Of a stretch of DNA of 64,000 nt, positions 51,280 to 64,000 are shown piece after piece. The DNA lies in assembly GCA_907165135.1 (NCBI GenBank), contig OU015568.1:11966001-12030000 (forward strand), written 5' to 3'. A program made the translations under genes and the position numbers. The stretch's first letter is position 1, and every line of letters starts with the position of its first letter. The notes under the pieces are model-generated. The model saw nothing but the letters and a program-made list of their open reading frames with translations. It was not told the DNA's origin and did not search any database. The stretch comes from Oikopleura dioica. Lineage: Eukaryota > Animalia > Chordata.

Positions 51280-52715
51280 ATGACCGACGAACTCAAAACT
51301 GTCCTCCAGAATCTGGTCCTCAAGCAAAAAATTGGTGGACTTCTTGGAGTCACGATCATTGACAACTTAGGAAACGATTTACACAATTCTCGTGCCCCAA
51401 AACTGGGATCATGAGTCATTTTTGAAGAATATATGCTGGGTTTTATTTAGTCTTTAGTTTGTCCAAGAGAAATTCGGCTGTTGCTGAAGAATTCTCCTTT
51501 GACAACGTTAACTCGTCGGTTTTTTCCATCGGGAATTTCCAGTGGAGGTCGGGCACCTTGGTCATCGTTAGAGATGTTTAATTTTAAATGCTTACCGTAT
51601 TGAGCGTTAGACAAGAGAGGCGTCACTCTTCGAGTTTCTTCTTGATAAACGTTGAGGCCGCTGAATGGCAAATCTCATTAATTTGATTGTGGCGATCAAT
51701 GGCTTACCGCGATTTAGCATTTGACCTGTCATCGCGGTGAAGCTTTGGATCGTAATTGCAGTCAGCGTTGAAAATACGGTTGTACTGGCGGTTGTCGATG
51801 TTCTTTCGGGAGTGGCTCGTCGTGTCAAACTCGTAGTAGGCGTTGTTGAAGGGGCCTGATTTATTAGACAGGGATCAAGTTAGATACAAATACCTTCGTT
51901 TTGTGCCTTGACCTCATCATCTTCCAGCCAGGTTCCATTTTTCTGACCGTTTCGCATTGCGATAGTCTTAGTTATTCTCTCTTCTCGGTGACAGTACTCC
52001 ATCCACTGCCCTGTAAATTTATCCCGTAAATATTGAATTATTTAATCCAGTACTCACCCATTTTGGTGCCCGGACTGGGACTTTCTCGGCCATAATTGGA
52101 CATGCGCATCTTTGCAGAAATCTAAGTTTCCAAAACTGAGGATTTTCTCGCTGCAAACTTTGTTTAGCAGTTATGTTCTAGAAGATAACGTCAAAGTGTC
52201 TGTGTATCCGCTCTATCCATGGCTACCGCATTTGCATATAGAATCAAAGAAACTTTCGTACTTATGTTGATTATTAATTGGAAAAAACGGTAGTTCTGTA
52301 AATCGTTTTATCAGGAGTCCCAATTTTTCAGCAGCTCCATCAGTCTTTCGAACAAGCTGAGCGCAAATTTGAGCTCAGTTCGTCCAGATTTCTTTCGCTC
52401 AACTCAAACTCTTCAGGTAAACAAGCCAAATGAACTGTTCATCACTTTCTTTAGGCATTGACAAGCAAATCAACCAAGGCGAAAACCTGTATAATATCGC
52501 ATTCGGCACCAAGTACCAAACTGTTCAAATCCGAAAACATCCGCTTACGATAATCTTTCTTGCCACCTCAAGTGCTTCCACTGGTTACCCGCCCATTCAG
52601 CAAAAATAACTATTTTTTTATTTCAGGATTGATTTTAAAGGAGTCGAAAGAGCTCGATACTTACTTTTCTCAGCTGCAGACGAACGCGAGAACGCACCTC
52701 CAGATTCAAAACTAG
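51280..52715 (+). CDS. LAMTOR3: Ragulator subunit MP1, 4 exons
   Basis: Spliced MTDELK...VTIIDNL|GVPIF...KYQTVQIRKHPLTIIFLATSSAST|GLILKESKEL matches LAMTOR3 (DRDGVP, YQVVQF..LPL...ASSSANTGLI). Confidence 0.88.
51447..52093 (-). CDS. CFAP90: C5orf49/CFAP90 axonemal protein, nested antisense in LAMTOR3 intron 1
   Basis: YDPKLHRDDR.NAKS|GLNVYQEE.RR...LSNAQYGK...RVNVVKGEFF matches the C5orf49 motif. Confidence 0.85.
52213..52226 (-). promoter_or_regulatory. RFX X-box-like site upstream of CFAP90
   Basis: GTAGCCATGGATAG on the minus strand, ~120 bp before the ATG. Confidence 0.55.
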
Positions 52716-52758
52716 ACGTTAGATAAGCAAATTTTTCATACTCTTCGTTGTTTTCATC

Positions 52759-53536
52759 ATGTCCGCTGCCGATATTATTAAAGGTACGGGATGAGACATT
52801 TTAAATATTCTTTTGTTAAAGTGGAAATTAAATGTTCATCCTTTTCGTTAGAAACAGAAACTGCGCTCAAAAATTTCTTGAACAAACTTCCCGATCCGAA
52901 AAATGAAGAGGTCCGGATTTTCGACCCTTCCGCGATCATTCTTCTTCGAACTTTTCCTCGTTATCAGCAACGACTTGGCACTTTTGATGTGACCAAATGG
53001 AGCGGCAAGCCTGCCTGTTTTTCACCTACCTTCTGCGCTATCTACGGCTGGAGCTGTAAAGAAAAGGACGTGTTGAAATGTCCTGATTGTGGAGAAGTTC
53101 TCCTTGCTGAGCTACCCCCACGAAACAACGATTACTTCCCGAAGAAAGTCGATCATCTCTTGACCATGCTCCAGTCTGGCCACGCAGACTACTGTGAATT
53201 CGCCAATTCGCACGAGCCATTCGAGTTTTTGAAGAAAAACGACTCACCGTATCTGTTCAAAAAACGCCTTCAAACCTTTCCCGGAACGCTCGATTTCCTA
53301 CCGAAGGTTACATCAGGAATATCGGAAGAAGATCTGGACTTTTTGAGCAGATACTTTTCTTACTGCGTCAAAAATAAGGTGGGAATGAAACATGTCAAAC
53401 TCTTTTTCAATCAAATATTCAGAAATTACAACGCGAGATCCTTAACTTGGCCGTCAATGGATGGAGTTTTCACCACGAGGATGAGACCGACTACTTGCTA
53501 TGCGAGGACGATGTCCGCCAAATTCCGGAACGGTGA
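52759..53536 (+). CDS. ZC3HC1: NIPA/ZC3HC1 C3HC zinc-finger protein (short; 3' end uncertain)
   Basis: RLGTF...WSGKP...SPTFCAIYGW...LKCPDC...H..YC and LAVNGW. Confidence 0.82.
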
Positions 53537-54268
53537 AGAAATTCGAGACCTTTGAAAAGTGTATGTTCCTGTTCTTCTGCAAAGTCTTCACCTTGTCCAT
53601 TTTTAATGAGTATGATTATATAATTCGAATATTTAGTTTACTAATTTTATTCTCATCGCAAAAGACGCTAGAAATCTCTTCTGATTTCTGCTAACTCGGT
53701 GTAGATCTTTGCAGGAGAGCATGATGCACTTTTTCATTGAGAGCAAAAGTAGTATACAAAACAGGCACAATACAGAGGCTTTGAGGTCTCCCTATTGTTA
53801 TTTTTGTCGTTTTCATGAAGGATTTTATTGATACAGAAAATATTTTTAGAAAGCATTTTAAGCGCACCTGTACGAAATTATATTGAATATAGTTCGACTA
53901 CAGCTAATTATCAGGATGAAAAAGTTACAGTAACTTTTCAAGCGTATGTTGTATCTTGGTATATAGAATTGTTTTATTTTGCGCACGAAGTCAGAAAGTA
54001 AGAAATGGTCCAAAAATAGTGGAAGAGAATAAAAATATAATAGTTTTAGTATATAGAAGCGAAGTAAAGACTAAATTCAAACTAAACACTACTGTAGTTG
54101 TTCCCAGATACAGTTGTGTTTAATTTCGATCTCGTCTTGTGTTAGGAACAACTTTAGGCACATCAGGATATTATATGGTTATTGCACTTATTTGAACAAA
54201 AGTAAAATAAGGATTATTTTTTGCATTCAATCTTCATCTGGGCTGAGAGATGATAATAGAAATTTTAT

Positions 54269-57200
54269 CTAAAAGAAAATAGATGATAGGGAAAATGATT
54301 TCTGCTCTGCAGGCTGCTCGGCAGTTTCAGTATCGCCTGCTTCAGTGGGTGCTGGGTTAGTTTCGGTGGTGGGTTCGGCTACTTGCTCGTCTTCAGGGTT
54401 AACGTCGGGCAATTCAGATGCCTCGGTGGCTAGTGATGTGGGTTAGATGAATTACCATAAGAATTTTTTGGCCGAAAAAAATTTTTTTGAGATAAGAACA
54501 TATTCTGAAAGCCCAAGTCAAAATTAGTCGATTCCCAAATTTCTAGGGCTCAATGACATCATTATGACGTCATTTATGATGAATAAATGTCCGAAAAGGC
54601 TCCAAATTCATGAAAACTTGGAATGCTTTTTGAGGCGGTTTTTGCTGGAAATAGATTTTTCTATTGATGACATGTTGTTCGCTATCAAAAACTACGTAGG
54701 GACCCGAGGTTTATTTTTCGAACCGACAGGTTTCAAAAATTGAACCGGTCGGTAATGGTTGATATTCAATGGTTTGATCCCGGGTCCCTACGTAGTTTTT
54801 CATAGAAAATCCGAATCCGTCGAGAAAAATAAAATTAAAAAACGTTTTCGGCTCGAAAAAGCGTTCCAAAGACAAAATTTTCAATTCAGCCCGATGACGT
54901 CATAATGACGTCATCTGACCCTAGAATTTGGTGATTCTGTATAACTTTTATCGGGCTTTCAGAATATACCAATATCTCAAAAAAAATTTTTTTGCCCGAA
55001 AAATTCTTATGGTAATTCATCGTTAGTAAATGTGAAATTCTGCTGGGATTAGTTTAAATGTTTTTCTAAATTCTTACCTTCAGTACCGGCCTCGGAGGCT
55101 TCCGGCATAACAGTCTTAGGGTCGTCAATCTGTGGGGTTTCTTCTGTGATCGACAGTTCCGCATTGTCAGTAATCAGGTCTTTATTCACTAGTTCTTCAT
55201 TCACCTCTTCGTGAATTTCGGTCACATCTGCGGTCATATCTTCAGTAACCTCGCTAAGCGCGTTTGTTTCTGAGTTGTTATTCGCATTTGCGTTTTCCTC
55301 GATGTTGAGCGTCTTGTTCTCGGGAACAATGATTTCCTCTCGCGCTTCTTGGGAGCTAACTTGGGAAGCGGTCTCATCACCCTTTCGCCTGAAGCTGACC
55401 TTGGTCGCTAAAGCGTTTTCGATGAGAGTAACATCTTTGTTTTCCTCGTCGTCAGAGTCTTTCAAGTCCTCCTTGAAGTTTTCAATGACCTTCATTTTAT
55501 CCGAAACGATAGAGAATGTTCGACCTTGGGTCTCTTCAACCGGCTGTTTTCCTCCAGAGATCCAGGACCAAACTGGCCAGATGATTCCACCCTCGGCGAT
55601 GCGCTTCTCCTTTTCTTCCTCGAGGGACTTCTCGGCATTCGCGAGCGCTTCCATCATTCTTCGCTTGACCTCTTCATTTCGTCTGTATTCTTCTTCTGCA
55701 CGGATTCCGAGCTCGCAAATCGAGTTGACCATGTTTTCGATGTCAATTTCTGCAGGAATTTCATCAATAGCAATGACGATATTTTCGCCAGCTTTAGCAA
55801 GTGTGAATCCTACTCCAGAGTCGAGTTCTTTGAGACACCGGAAGACCTCTTGATTGATCACATCAGCGGGCGCGGCCTTTGGGATAATGGCGATCGCGCC
55901 AAGCTTGAGATCCTCATTCGGTTCTAAGAAGAGCTTGATATCGCTGCGGGCGCTCGTTGATCGCCACAGATCCCACGCTTGATCGAAATACGATTCTATT
56001 GATGGCAAGACAGAGTCGATGGTTTCTTTCATGAGATTGAGATCCGCTTGTTGAGCACCTATTCAAACATAATCAATTTATTTTACCGAATAATAGTTTC
56101 TATTTGAGTGGGAACCATTCAAACATCTCATAAGACGTACCCTTGAGAGCAGTGACCAGCGATCGGATTCTAATACACGATCCCTCGTCATTCATCGTCT
56201 CCTGACAATCGAGCTTGTCGCATTTGTCCTGCAGGGTCATGAGTAGCTTGTAATTGCACACGTCGAGCAGCGCGTCCGTAAACTCGTTAGTGACAACTTC
56301 GGTCTTCGGAGCCCATTGAAAGACAGTCACTAGTGGAGGGGCTGGCGGAGCCGTCAACTGTTTCATCGTATCCTTGACAAAATCACCGAAGGAGTTGTAA
56401 TCAGCGTCGCTGTGCTCTTCCACGCGTTCTGAAATTACACGGTATATTTTTCAAGTGCTTGTTACACTGAGATAAGAAGGGGCCGCGTACCTTTTACGGA
56501 AGAGTTAACATCCGCGAACTGTTTGAGTACCAATACAAGGTCGTTTGTGATTCGCATCGCGTTGTTTATCCTGTGGCGAATATTCGCCGCGCCGGAGAGC
56601 TGAAGCGCAGTCCAGACTGGCAGCAAATCGTCCTCCCAGGGTTGGCAGCGGATCGGGTTGTTGGCGGAACGCATGCAGAAGAGGCTTGGCAAGCCGAGCA
56701 TGCAGAAGTCAGACGGTTTCTAGTGAAAGTATTAAATATAAGTATAGAAAAATAATTTGTGATTTACCAAGGTAATAGAATTAGCGGCGAGAACAGGAGC
56801 GCTTTTTGATGGAATCGTGAAATTTCCAAGCATAGGAATGTTATCGCCCTCAAAGTGGCACCAGATCTGGAACTTTCCGCAAATATGGAGCAAGGATTCA
56901 ACCTAAACGCCGTTACACAAAGCTCTCTTTAGAAGATATACCTTGTCATCAATCGCACTTTCGCTTCCAAAAGAACCGATCAAAGCGGTGGGCTCTTTTT
57001 GAGGATCGTTAGCGTCAGCCTGCACTTGTTTGAAAAGCTTATTCACATCAAAAGGAGTCTAAAATTTGTGTTTCTTTTGTTGGAAAAAGCACAAATGTAC
57101 CTTGTCTCCATTTATTCCATCATTTATTCTATGGACATTAAAACACTCTTTTGGCAAGCCAAGTTCGTTCTGAAAGAACAGAATCCAAGCGGCTGGAATA

Positions 57201-57957
57201 TCGTCTGTTACATAGATAACAGGCGCTTTCACTGAATCGCCTTTGACATATCTTCTGTAACCAAGAGGCGATTCTTCGTTTTGCTGGTTGTATTTCACAG
57301 CTAAAGCGCATCTAGAATGGTTTAAGAGTCTAGTTTTCAACGATATGCGTACCTTAGAGCTTTGAGCATGGGCTGGCGAGGGTCTTTGTAAGCATTGACA
57401 GTGGCTGCCTGGAATCGGAAAATATTCCTAATCCAGTTAATAACATCGTCTTGGATTTGGTTTAGAATTTCACAGCGGAACTCTTCATCGACAAGGCCGA
57501 GACGATTTTGTAACGAGGATCCTAGCTCGTAAACGGACGGGACAGTGGGAATTCCGAGCTCTTTTCCGATGTCTTCTTCAGCTGAAAAGAGCAGGAAGTA
57601 TTTAACAAGGACGTTGGAATTATCGGGAGACAGGTCACATTTATGGTGATATTTTGAGACTTCATTTGTGAGTTACCTTTAATCAAAGGAATGTCGGCAG
57701 CTTCTGGAGTAGGATCTGCGTTGAATTGTGCAAGGGTAGCCTTAAAACGCATAGTTGCAATAATATGTTTTGGGAGAACGACAATAGATCTTTAGAAGCT
57801 CTAGAATCACCTTCAACGACTTCTCCATCTCCTGCCATTCCGGCGACGATTCGAGCTCTTTCTGAAAGTCGTCGGCGAACATCATGGGCGGCGATGTTTC
57901 GGCAATGCCCAGCCCAGAGTCTGTCATATCAGGTTCTGGGACTGTATCAGAGCTCAT
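54269..57957 (-). CDS. PDXDC1: Pyridoxal-dependent decarboxylase domain-containing protein 1, multi-exon
   Basis: EMEKSLK, IWCHFEG, LGLP, LPVWTALQ, EEEKEKRIAEGG..PVWSW...GRTF and an acidic tail. Confidence 0.82.
54446..55021. mobile_element. 576-bp foldback MITE with GATGAATT termini and GTTA target duplication, in a PDXDC1 intron
   Basis: 23-bp perfect TIR GATGAATTACCATAAGAATTTTT; inner 19-bp IR AAAACTACGTAGGGACCCG; GTTA on both flanks. Confidence 0.9.
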
Positions 57958-59344
57958 GCTGAACAACGCTCGATAAATACGCTTGACAACAATCATTTTT
58001 GGTTAATTCAATTTTTCAAATTAATTGAGAGACCAAATTTAATTTATATTTTTTCTTGGAACAAAAAATAACAAGAGGGAAGATAACATGCTAGAAATTT
58101 GTAATATCTAAAGAAGAAAAGTAGAAAAAACATCAGCTTGATGTTTTGTGCTTCAATAGAAATGCAAAAGAAAGAAAAAAGTATATGCTGGTCAGAGAGT
58201 GGGAGTTTATTTGTGTGAAAATGAGTGGTTACGGAATTTTGAAAGGAGAGTGAACCTATTATCAAGGGACGGAATGTTTGTTTCGGAGACAAAATAAAAA
58301 CTACAAAACATGAAGGTGTTTGTTTCTAAGCTGAGAAAAATGACGGCATGATTTTGAAAGAGTACCTCTTTTGCTTTGAACCGGAGCTCTTACGATGAGG
58401 GTACCCTTAACTTGTAGGAATGCAAGGCTGTAATCGTGCAAGAGTCAAGAATTCATACGAGTAATAGTGTTTTGGCGTGGTTTATTTTTCTTATTGCTAA
58501 ATCTAATTTGTTCTTGGCGAGATCCTTCTGGCGAAATTTACTAAATGAGTTGAGCCGAGTTGCATCATCTTTGAGGATTTGATTAGGCCTAATTAAATCG
58601 ATTTTGGATCAAATATATAGCCGCATCAATTGTGGGGACATTTGAGGCCGGCTTATATTCTGTGGTTTTCTGATGCAGAACTCGATTCTCAAGGATTCGT
58701 GGGATCTCTGATGTACTAAAAGATCCCTCGGAATAGGACGTTGATAAAAACCTTTCGATCTATCTATCCACAACTCGTCTAGTTTTGAAGAATTCGGCCT
58801 TATTGCACAAGAAGTTGACTACGCTGTCATTGTATTTTTATCAAATTTTATTGTTTTTTTTCAGTTTTTGGATGCGTTATAATCTCAGCCTAGAATGAAG
58901 CGAAGTAATCTATACATTTTTCAATTCGAAAATTCGTAATTAAATTACTTAAAATAAATAAATTCAACATAAATCTAGTTTTTAGATCAAAATAATCAAA
59001 AGAGTAAAAGCGAAATAGAAATTAGCCAGAATTTGACTTGAGAATGGATGTTTAGGAAATGAGCCTTTTGGAGCAAAACTTAAATTTGTTAGAAATTGAT
59101 ATCGTAAATTGTTAACTAAAGAGGGCGTTTTTTCGAAAAGAGATAGAATCAATGGAAATGTACAGTGATTAGGAGGAATCAGGCGTACAGTAAAAGACTG
59201 TACCCGTAGGATAGGGAAAATAAGAAGGAAAAGTAATGGCTGGATTTACATAAATGGAAAAAAGGAGAGGATAACAAAACGGGATGTGTGTTGGTTTGTA
59301 GTTGTTTTGTGACAGATTGTCAAATATGTAAAATGTTTGATCTG

Positions 59345-59370
59345 AGGTCAGCTCGAGGTCACGATGACCT
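59345..59370. promoter_or_regulatory. Compound nuclear-receptor element (DR5 + IR3)
   Basis: AGGTCA gctcg AGGTCA cga TGACCT. Confidence 0.45.
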
Positions 59371-59914
59371 TTGGAGCATCTCGGCTATCATAGATTTTGG
59401 ATCAGGATAGGTAAATGAGTCATCCTACGAGGGCAGCATAGGTTGAGGTAATTTCAGCTCAAAGATGTATTTTTTTGACAAATTGATAAAAAAATATTTA
59501 ATTTAGTCACGTGGTAAATTGTTTATAAGGTTGGTGGTAAAAGCTACATATTTTGTCGTATTTAAAAGAGGTTAAGAGTTAAGTAGGAAATTTGGCTACA
59601 TTAAGGCTCGTCGAAGCTCCGAAATTCGAGGTCCGGGCACTTCTGATATACAGAGACCATCACGTAATAGCTTAACAGGGCGCTTTTATGGGACTGGCGC
59701 ATATGGGGAGCGCAGCTTGTACCGCGGTTAACCGTCCCGGCGCGATATCACCAGGTGAAGCTCTTGAGTTGATCTCATGGTTTGTTTCATGAGCGAGCCC
59801 TTATCATTAAAAGACGCCGTTTAGCTGATTACGTAACAGTCGCGCGTGTTGTAGATACAGTAGTAGTTCAATTTAGTAGTCAACAATTTAGCCAGTCAAA
59901 TTCACATGGCACTT

Positions 59915-60474
59915 CTAGTGGTTCATAGCGTGGACAAGGCGGCAAGAGAATATCGAAGCTATTAAAACCAAGAGGGCGACGCCGGCTCCTTTGAGGCCAT
60001 CGGCACGAAGAGAGTAGCAGGTTGACTGGCCCAATTCATTCTTTCTCTATACAATGGTGTTAGGAAGGAAGAGCAGTGGACGAGCTTACCTCGGCTAAAA
60101 GTTCTGGGCAAACGCATTTGTCGGGTCCAGCACAGATTCCATCGCCGCAACCGCCTGGGCAGACTGGCTCGTTGCACATTTTTCCGTTGTAGCCTAAATT
60201 ATTGGATGAAAAGAAGTCACATTTGATCATTGCATACCCTCTGCACAAGCTTTCTGTTCAGCAGTATCATCCCAGCAGATTCCGGTATCGTAGTCGCACT
60301 CAGCGCCCCCCAAACAAGCTCCGCTAGAATTATCGAGTTAGTTGACAATCCAGAGGGTAGAATAACTCACCAAAGATTGCAGCCATCACGCCCGTATTTG
60401 CCTGCTGTGCATTCGGCATAGGCACCGCCTACAGCGACGAGGAAGAGCCCGAGAAGATGTTTGAGGTGTGGCAT
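59915..60474 (-). CDS. Small type I membrane protein with EGF-like Cys domains, 4 exons (~137 aa)
   Basis: MPHLKHLLGLFLVAVGGAYA signal peptide, C..GKYG..C..CG.C....C....G.C, GYNGKMCNEPVCPGGCGDGICAGPDKCVCP and TM GVALLVLIASIFSC; all joins GT-AG and in frame. Confidence 0.8.
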
Positions 60475-60616
60475 TCTATAATAAAAGAAGGGGTAAAGGC
60501 TAGTTGCGGAATAGCGGAAAATGTTTATGAAGTTGTATAAGGATTTGGAAGGTATTTGAAGTCAGGTGTGCGTATTTCGGCGAGCGCTAGAATGATTTGA
60601 GTACAGAATAGAAGGG

Positions 60617-63600
60617 CTACATTGGGTACGGGTAATCGCCCTGGGGATACTGATATGCGGAACTGTGGTTGGGAAAGTGCTGCTGCTGGTGAATCATTTG
60701 CTGACCCAAAAAGCGAGGGTCGACTGCATGCTGCGTAGACGTCTGATATGTCATTTGCGTGGCCCCGTAGCCCCATCTGGCAGCAGCGGCTTGTTGATGA
60801 GCAGCAGCAAAGCTCTGGCTCACGCTGGGATGATAAGACGATGATTGCGCGTGGCTCATACTCGGCTGCATGTCGTGGTAGAGTGGAGAACCTGAGCATT
60901 GGTTTTTTCCTTGTGCCTGGCTAATTGTGAGCCCCCGAGACAATTAATCGCGCCATTTCGCGGCTACAATTAGCCCTAAATTCTCTGTCGTTGTTGTCTC
61001 TCGCGCCTGCGGGCACTTTGCCACAGGAGCTGAACTTTCTGTCGCGGCCAATTAATTCGCCGCGTTATTTTGCTAAAATAGGAAAACCATGTGCCTGAGC
61101 TGTGTTCTTGCTTGATCGATCCGTCCCCAGTGGCACCGCCTTGTTGTTGCAAAAAGTTGTCGCTGAGTGCCGAAGGGCCGATATGCCCCGCGGCGTGTGC
61201 GCTCGTGTGCGCATGATTCTCGCTCTGGTTCGCCATGGATTGCGAGCCAAGAATCGCCACGATGTCGTCTTGCTTCAAATCGGAAAATGAGTTCAGTCTA
61301 TCCGGGTCGAGCTTCAGCTGGATCTCGTTGTCTACAAGCCCGAAGGGGGTCGGAGTCACTTGAGACTGGAACATCGGGTGAGCAACTACAGGAGCTGTGG
61401 CCACGTGACCCTTTGATTGACCAGCGCCAAACACCAAAGAATTTGCCTAAGGGAAGCGTCAATCTCTACAGGAAAGAGGGAAAAACGCGCTTACCTTTCT
61501 GCTCATTCTCTTGTTCTCTTTCATGTTTTCGCGAATCCCCTTCATAATCGCATTTTGCTCGTCAGGTCTCAAACTCGGGCTGAGCTCACTTTATATCGCT
61601 TAAATAATTTCTCCCCAAATTCCCCAGGGGAGTAATTTGAGGTTGACTGAATTTATAATCGAAATAAAAATCTATCTGATTCCTTCTCTTTCGACTATTA
61701 TGAAATGCTACTATTTTGAAGCTCGTAAAAGCGGATTTTCAAATACCAGACATTTGTGTCGCCCGGTGCCTAAGTCCATTGGAATTCTTCTCGTTGTCTT
61801 TCCTGTCCCGGCCGCTCTTGCGCTTCGTCTTCAGTTCATTCACTTTCTGGTGGTACTTCTCGGTCTCTTTCAAATCCTTGACCAGGAGATGATTGACCTG
61901 GTGATCGTGGCCGGACTCCTTGCGCTTCGCATTCTCTCTGTATTTATCTGCGGAATCGGGTTTTTGAGTTGTTCGGGCCTGTTTCTTTGGACCGCTTAGA
62001 TTAAAATCGGCTTTGGTTCATTATGACACTCGAGTAAAACGGGCCGAGTGGTATGGGTAGAGCTGCTTGGCGCTCAACAATTCCTCTCATTGTCTTTCAG
62101 CCGCGCTTTTCATTCGCAAAATTTGGCCTGGCTGCCATTGTGGCTCTCTGGCTGACAATTTGAATCAAACTTTCGCTCTCCCTCTCTTTCCATCTCTCGC
62201 GCCGGCGGGAAGACCTACTCTTGCCCCCGGCGAGTGGAACCGGCATCTCATTAAAAATCGAAAAGTAACCGGTCAAAACACGCAAGAAGTTTCTGTTTTG
62301 CGTCGATAACGCCGGTTTGAAAAGCGAAAGAAAAGAGAAGAAAAGCGGCGAAAGTTTTTTTTTCGCAAATCAGATCGATGTTCATCGATTGCTGAATGTG
62401 ATTACAAATTATATGCATCAATATTGCAAGTTTCCAAGCGTTGGATTTAGATTACACCCGGTGCATTTGCGAATGCAAAATATTCTCATACACAAGTTTG
62501 TTAATTTCAGGGCAGATGATCAATTTAGCTGAGGATGCATTTTAAATCGGTCGTTAATTTTTAATCAGATTCTAAGCTTGTTAAATAAAGAAAAAAAAAA
62601 TCGTAGTATTAAAGAGTGCGAGATTAAAGTTCAAGTCCTCTTGATTCTATTCACACGGGTTCGCTCAATTCTCTTTTATGGTGCTCTCTAAGGAGCTGTT
62701 TTGCAAACAGCGTAGTTTTTCAGCTTTTCTCGGGCGTGGATCGAAAAAATCGGGTGGACTCTAAAAAACCCGTTCCTAATCGCTTCTTGGTGCGCTCTTG
62801 AATGGCAGCTGGCGGATCGTTGAGTAGTGGGCTCGGTTGACCGTAACTCGGGATCTGAATATTCTTGCTCACTCATCCGTATCGGCATCTATCTCTCTAT
62901 CTACTGTCGACTACGCTCTGTACGCTCTGGCGATAAGAGAGCGCAGATTAAACCCATTAATAGACACTCTGCGGGAGATCGGAAGAAAAAGGGGATTTGC
63001 GCAGCGAGCATTTCCGACTTCTGATTGTCGTTTATTTCTATTGTTCTTCCCGAAAAAAAAAAGTTGAGAACGGATAAACCCACCCGGCGCGAAATCATAA
63101 CCAGAACACAACAATCGTAAAACAATTGAGTAACGCTCCAATAATCATTTAGTTGAAAAACATCATGGTTCCTCTCTTTTTGAGTGCAACACCTGAGTTT
63201 TTTGGACAAAGGGACCCCCTTCGAAATTAAAAAAAATTAATTATAGAATTTTCCTGGCAAAGACGCACCTGTTTGCATAAATTTTCTGGTCCATTACATT
63301 CAGTATCAATTACTGTTATTATCTAAGCAGCGACGAAAAAATCTCTCAAAAGCGTCAAATTCGAGCGTAAGTGGCTACCCGTGGATTAACACTGCTATTT
63401 CGAAATTGCAGAAATTGCAATTATCAAAATCCTCATCGTTAAAAATGGGAGGTTCTTCTGGGGAAATCTCTGTGTGTTTTCATTCGAAGGGGTTGCTGTA
63501 GCGCGGTGTGCTCGCTCGGTGAGGCGATTTAGAGGAGTAACTAACATTTTGCGGCGGCATGGCCATCGACCCAGGCACTGAGAATTGATTTACGTCCATC

Positions 63601-63617
63601 GTCCCACCGGACATCAT
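60617..63617 (-). CDS. Unidentified multi-exon Q/H/S/A-rich protein with basic region (regulator-like); 5' exons tentative
   Basis: Coding-like exons at ~60617-60900, 61095-61446, 61494-61588 and 61746-61935; candidate upstream exons near 62780-62855 and 63546-63617. Confidence 0.45.
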
Positions 63618-64000
63618 TGTGCACTAAAAACTTACTAAAGCTAATTAATTGCAGCCGGCGTGCGCCCAGAGAGTAATTTGCGGCTAGCTCGATGGGCAGG
63701 ACATGCAGGCTAGTCCTGTTAATCATTTCAAGTTCGAAAAATTATCAATTTACGCGAACTCTACTCGAACGCTAATGAATAAGATAGGACGGGTGGACAG
63801 ATTCGATTCCGGTAGGAGAATCGAGTTTGAAAGGAATTCCCTTACTCGGCTAATTTATTTACCCCGCCACACTATGAGTTCAAACTCAAAAGCGGGGCTC
63901 AGACTCATCAGAATAAACAGAATTGACTTTAGCTTAGATTAGCGACTTTAATCCTGATTATTTTCGGCTTATCATCTATTCAAATTTATGTATAAATATA

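Overview
Extremely compact animal genomic DNA with 30-60 nt introns, several GA-AG/GC-AG introns and AG acceptors directly before start codons. These traits fit a larvacean tunicate, most likely Oikopleura dioica (inferred from style, not from a search). About 21 protein genes are present: FLRT-like, cTAGE5/MIA2-like, FAM122-like, NCBP1, CFAP20, DYNC2H1, TTLL15-like, SDHC, DNAJC17, MOSPD1, LIAT1-like, ATP11, KAT5, MED20, a Not homeobox, LAMTOR3, CFAP90, ZC3HC1, PDXDC1, a small EGF/TM protein and two unknowns. Many lie in tight co-directional, operon-like runs. A complete Ty3/gypsy (Tor-like) LTR element sits in a coding exon of DYNC2H1. There are five MITE/foldback elements and an inverted pair of intronic tRNA-Ala genes. 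Most notable: (i) a DYNC2H1 intron that is exactly one MITE plus its 3-bp target duplication (an introner-type intron gain) and shares an internal motif with another MITE here; (ii) two ciliary genes with RFX X-box-like sites, each nested antisense in a ~1 kb non-canonical GA-AG intron of a housekeeping gene; (iii) a DNAJC17 with a long tandem-SIM tail. Several single-base frameshifts at homopolymers are probably assembly errors. Exon structures were read by eye, so some ends are approximate.
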